Source of the DNA: Bilabrum cf. latius
Lineage: Eukaryota
Direction of reading: 5' to 3'
DNA: 63,069 bases
NCBI GenBank assembly: GCA_965178125.1
Contig: OZ237752.1
Coordinates: 1,054,001-1,117,069 of the forward strand
Shown here piece after piece: positions 62,494-63,069 of the stretch. How positions within the stretch are numbered: position 1 is the first letter of the stretch; each line of letters starts with the position of its first letter. The notes beneath the pieces are model-generated. The model made no database searches and was not told where the DNA came from. It was given only the letters and a program-made list of their open reading frames with translations. The translations under genes and the position numbers were made by a program.

Positions 62494-63069
62494 ATGGCGC
62501 AGTCCACGTACGACGCCACCAAGCATGTGAAGGCTCTCGACTACCTTCGGGCCTTCCTGGACCGCCGCGCGAAGGGCTACGCTCAGAACCCGCATCGCGT
62601 GCGCATCGGAGTCCCAGGGCCACTTCAACCAGGAGGTGCCGCCCTGCCTGGCCCGCCGGCCGGCGAGGCGCAGGCCCAGATCCCGGCCCAGGTGGGGCCA
62701 GCGCCAGGCGGCCATGCCGCCGGGGGGGGCGATGCGGCAGGCCTGCCGGCCCCCGCCCCAGCCATCGGCGAGCATGCTCCGGAGCCCCAGCACCAGCAGC
62801 AAGAGGGCGCCCACCAACCACCACCTGGTGCAGCTCTTGCTGCTGGCCAGCAGGCGATGGCCGCCGCCCCGCCCCAGCACCCCGCTGGTCCGGGTGCCAA
62901 CCTGCCGGTCCCAGGAGGCTTGCAGCCCGAGCCGCCAGCTGGCGATGCCGACGCCTTCCTCCCGATCCCGGAGCCCCAGCAGGAGCCTGCAGGTGGGCCA
63001 GCCGGCGTCGGTCCGGCCCCTCCAGCAGCCGAGCAGCAGCCAGCTGCCCAGGCTGCCCAGCACCAACTC
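62494..63069 (+). CDS. Hypothetical Pro/Ala/Gly/Gln-rich protein, open to the window end
   Basis: ATG 62494 (MAQSTYDATKHVKALDYLRAFLDRR...), with no stop in 192 codons. Missing from the ORF track because it has no stop inside the window. Confidence 0.6.
   Translation, partial: MAQSTYDATKHVKALDYLRAFLDRRAKGYAQNPHRVRIGVPGPLQPGGAALPGPPAGEAQAQIPAQVGPAPGGHAAGGGDAAGLPAPAPAIGEHAPEPQHQQQEGAHQPPPGAALAAGQQAMAAAPPQHPAGPGANLPVPGGLQPEPPAGDADAFLPIPEPQQEPAGGPAGVGPAPPAAEQQPAAQAAQHQL

Overview
GC-rich, gene-dense nuclear DNA from a flagellated microbial eukaryote (short GT-AG introns of ~90-130 nt, ciliary genes WDR78 and TMEM107, TTAGGG telomeric repeats). The stramenopile-like look is only an impression. Main result: the sequence does not use the standard genetic code. 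In-frame TAG codons interrupt most genes, including conserved domains (ProA, kinesin, VPS28, PP2C, TMEM107, a thiol dioxygenase). All 18 gene ends I could trace are TGA (15) or TAA (3), and I saw no internal TAA or TGA in those genes. TAG is therefore a sense codon, most likely Gln, uncoupled from TAA. Reading TAG as sense merges the fragmented ORF track into about 18 coherent genes in 1-51 kb, including a ~4,190-aa SET-domain protein with ~39 TAGs and a PCO/ADO-family gene that the track nearly misses. From 51.4 kb the window is (sub)telomeric: a 46-bp minisatellite, then four internal (TTAGGG)n tracts. Each tract is followed by the same ~60-bp junction and a 155-bp satellite, partly as an exact 1,112-bp higher-order repeat. 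Distal to these lie a 22-bp array, an unknown TAG-containing gene, a tRNA-like element and another unknown ORF, which suggests a telomere-attached mobile element. All family assignments are by motif recognition from memory, not database search.
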